Source: a bacterium (GTDB lineage Bacteria; UBA8248). From it: a stretch of DNA of 64,000 nt. How positions within the stretch are numbered: the first letter of the stretch is position 1; each line of letters opens with the position of its first letter. Below the pieces are notes generated by a model. The model was not told the origin of the DNA, ran no database searches, and was given only the letters and a program-made list of their open reading frames with translations. Both the position numbers and the translations under genes were made by a program. Below are positions 61,843-64,000 of this stretch, piece by piece. The DNA lies in NCBI GenBank assembly GCA_965219955.1, contig OZ244799.1, positions 2,400,001 through 2,464,000 on the forward strand, given 5' to 3'.

Positions 61843-62994
61843 ATGAACGAATCCTCCCTCGACAACCTCCCCTTCGCGCCCAGCGAAGACCCCTTCGTCG
61901 TGGAGCACGGCGGCTTCTACCGCCGGTGGTTCTCCATGATCGAGGACATCGAGGAGTTGAAAGGCGCCGTCGCCTCCCTAAAGGGCACGACAGACGATCT
62001 TTGGGTTCCCGTATGGCGCGGACTCGGCGCCCGCTATGAAGATCAGGCGGAGGAGTCCGCCGCAAGCGGCGATACGAGCGCCGCGCGGGAGAAGTTTCTC
62101 CTCGCCAAGACCTACTACAGCCTCGCGCGCTTCCCCCGGCCCCTCACACCGCTCAAGGAACAAGCCGACCGCGACTGCATACGCGCGTATTTAAGAGCGT
62201 GCGAGTATCTCGACCCGCCGCTCGAAGTCGTCGGCGTGGCGTGTGCGGGCGAGCGCATCACCTCCCATTTCCGCGCGCCGAAAGAAGCGGACGCCGAAAA
62301 CCCCGCCCCCGCCGTCCTCGTCATGTGCGGCGGGGACATGTTCAAGGAAGACCGCGGCTGGGCGGGCGAGATGGCCCTGGAACACGGCTTGGCCACCCTG
62401 GTGATGGACGGCCCCGGCACGGGGGAGAACCCCTTTCCCTACGAACCCGAATCCGTCACGGCGTGGAAGGCGGCTATCGACTACCTCGCATCCCGTCCCG
62501 AGGTGGACGCGGAGCGCATCGGCGCGTTCGGCATCAGCCGGGGCGGGCATTCGGTGATGCTGCTCGCGGGCTCCTATCCCGAAAAGGTGCGCGCCGCCGT
62601 GGCGAGCGCGGGCCACCACTTCGGCTACCGCATGACGGAGGCGGAGATGGCGAACTACGTCGCCAACAGCAAAAGGCGCGCGGCCTACATATTCGGCGCC
62701 CCCGGAGACGGCCCCTCGTTCCCCCCCACCACGGCCGAGAAAGAAGAGGCGCTCTTCAAGCGCTGGTCGCTGAGCGAACTCGGACTCGTGGAGAAAATCG
62801 TCTGCCCCGTCCTGATGATCAACGGAAAACACGACCACCTCGCCCCCGTCGGGAACATCTACTACATGCTCGAACACGGCCCCGTGACCGGCAAGGAGGC
62901 GCGCGTCTACCCCGACGACGGCCACTGCGCCTTCAAGCACTTCGCCGAGTGGGCGCCCGAGTCGTTCCGGTGGCTGAGGGAGAGGCTGGGGTGA
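61843..62994 (+). CDS. Alpha/beta hydrolase (FrsA/DHPON-hydrolase-like)
   Basis: GGDMFKED, DGPGTGE, GISRGG nucleophile, DGHCA. Confidence 0.9.
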   Translation: MNESSLDNLPFAPSEDPFVVEHGGFYRRWFSMIEDIEELKGAVASLKGTTDDLWVPVWRGLGARYEDQAEESAASGDTSAAREKFLLAKTYYSLARFPRPLTPLKEQADRDCIRAYLRACEYLDPPLEVVGVACAGERITSHFRAPKEADAENPAPAVLVMCGGDMFKEDRGWAGEMALEHGLATLVMDGPGTGENPFPYEPESVTAWKAAIDYLASRPEVDAERIGAFGISRGGHSVMLLAGSYPEKVRAAVASAGHHFGYRMTEAEMANYVANSKRRAAYIFGAPGDGPSFPPTTAEKEEALFKRWSLSELGLVEKIVCPVLMINGKHDHLAPVGNIYYMLEHGPVTGKEARVYPDDGHCAFKHFAEWAPESFRWLRERLG

Positions 62995-63166
62995 GGGGCG
63001 GCCGTAGAGATCTAGCGCTGCCTGAGCTTTGTTACGAGCGCAGATTCAATGTCTATCGAGCCTTGCAGAAATCACTCTCCTCTTACGAGCGTGATATACT
63101 CGTGATAGAATTGCAGTAGCAATTCCAAGCCGTCTTTTTCACCGCTGAGAGACAAGGAGTGGGTTC

Positions 63167-63826
63167 ATGTCCAAGGTGGCTGATTCCATTGAAGTTTTTC
63201 AGGACTTGTTCTTGACTTGTTCCACCGAGGGTCGTCCGCATCTTCGCGAAGCGCTCCTCCAGCATACGCAGGCGCCCTGGCGTCATGCTGAAGAACTTGA
63301 AAAGAAAATCCAGCATGACGGTCATGATGTTATGGCGTTCGAACGTGAGTCCGGGGACAGTCTTCCCCCTTCTCGTTTGGTGCTCTGGGAAGAAGCAGGT
63401 GGGTATAAAGTAACGAATATTGTGCCGCTGGAGAGCGGTGAACTCGGGGTAACTGGTTATAATGATGCCCTCAACGACTTCAAAGACCGAATCGTAACTC
63501 CCGCTTCAATGGATTCTGGGTTCAGTGTAATAATTACTCCTCGCGAACAATCCATTGCCGATTGGACATCAAAAGAAGCAACTGATGCCCTTCACCGCTT
63601 TTCCGGGGGGGCGAACAAATTCACCGGGTCGGGCCATCCATCGGACAGAAAACGGTGGCTTGAGTTCCTGATGTCCGCCTACAAGTCCAAAACCAAGCTC
63701 GACCCGGAATTGCTGGAACGATGGCTGGTGGAAGTGGAGGAATGGCCGCCAGACGTCGCCTCCAGACTCGTCATTCAATATGAATTCGGACTGGACCTAT
63801 TGAACGAATATGATTGTTCCTGCTGA
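63167..63826 (+). CDS. Hypothetical protein (lower GC)
   Basis: 219-aa ORF, RBS AAGGAG. Confidence 0.75.
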   Translation: MSKVADSIEVFQDLFLTCSTEGRPHLREALLQHTQAPWRHAEELEKKIQHDGHDVMAFERESGDSLPPSRLVLWEEAGGYKVTNIVPLESGELGVTGYNDALNDFKDRIVTPASMDSGFSVIITPREQSIADWTSKEATDALHRFSGGANKFTGSGHPSDRKRWLEFLMSAYKSKTKLDPELLERWLVEVEEWPPDVASRLVIQYEFGLDLLNEYDCSC

Positions 63827-63828
63827 CG

Positions 63829-64000
63829 ATGCCGGTTCCACCGCCAAAAGATACTCCTGTCCTTTGTCTGGACACATGCGCGATTTTGGACATCATGCGC
63901 GATCCTACACGGGAAACGATTCGCGTACATGAACACGAAGCATCCCTGGCTCTGCTCCGAGCGGCTGAATCGGATAAGAAGCTGGTCGTCCTTATCGCCG
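63829..64000 (+). CDS. Probable PIN-like protein, truncated by window end (absent from ORF track)
   Basis: MPVPPPKDTPVLCLDTCAILDIMRDP... open to the end of the window; starts 2 nt after the upstream stop. Confidence 0.6.
   Translation, partial: MPVPPPKDTPVLCLDTCAILDIMRDPTRETIRVHEHEASLALLRAAESDKKLVVLIA

Overview
GC-rich bacterial chromosomal window. It is mostly catabolic and transport genes: ABC/TRAP/TAXI transporters, GcvT-type demethylases, GGT, sulfatase, MBL and alpha/beta hydrolases, and oxidoreductases, plus tRNA-Ala(GGC). Five things stand out. (1) A complete IS110/IS1111-type element (34465-35839) sits inside a REP-like palindrome, and its downstream non-coding end has four segments matching its own target and donor junctions in bridge-RNA order. 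(2) Three tandem secreted Sel1/ankyrin genes share an equal-length 693-nt N-terminal module but have unrelated C-terminal domains, and two of them also share a conserved 3' tail, suggesting domain-cassette swapping. (3) An AhpD/CMD-like gene is split in the ORF track by an in-frame TGA in a CxxU motif followed by a SECIS-like hairpin, so it is probably a selenoprotein. (4) About 14 intergenic composite repeats carry mixed REP-like palindromes inside GGGGTTGTTGAAAA...TTTTCAACAACCCC ends, two with clear 5-bp target duplications. (5) Several small toxin-antitoxin or defence-like insertions are present, two of them bracketed by a copy of the 3' end of the upstream gene. Eukaryote-like repeat proteins hint at a host-associated (e.g. 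sponge) symbiont, but this is inference. Products were assigned by eye from motifs; no database searches were run.
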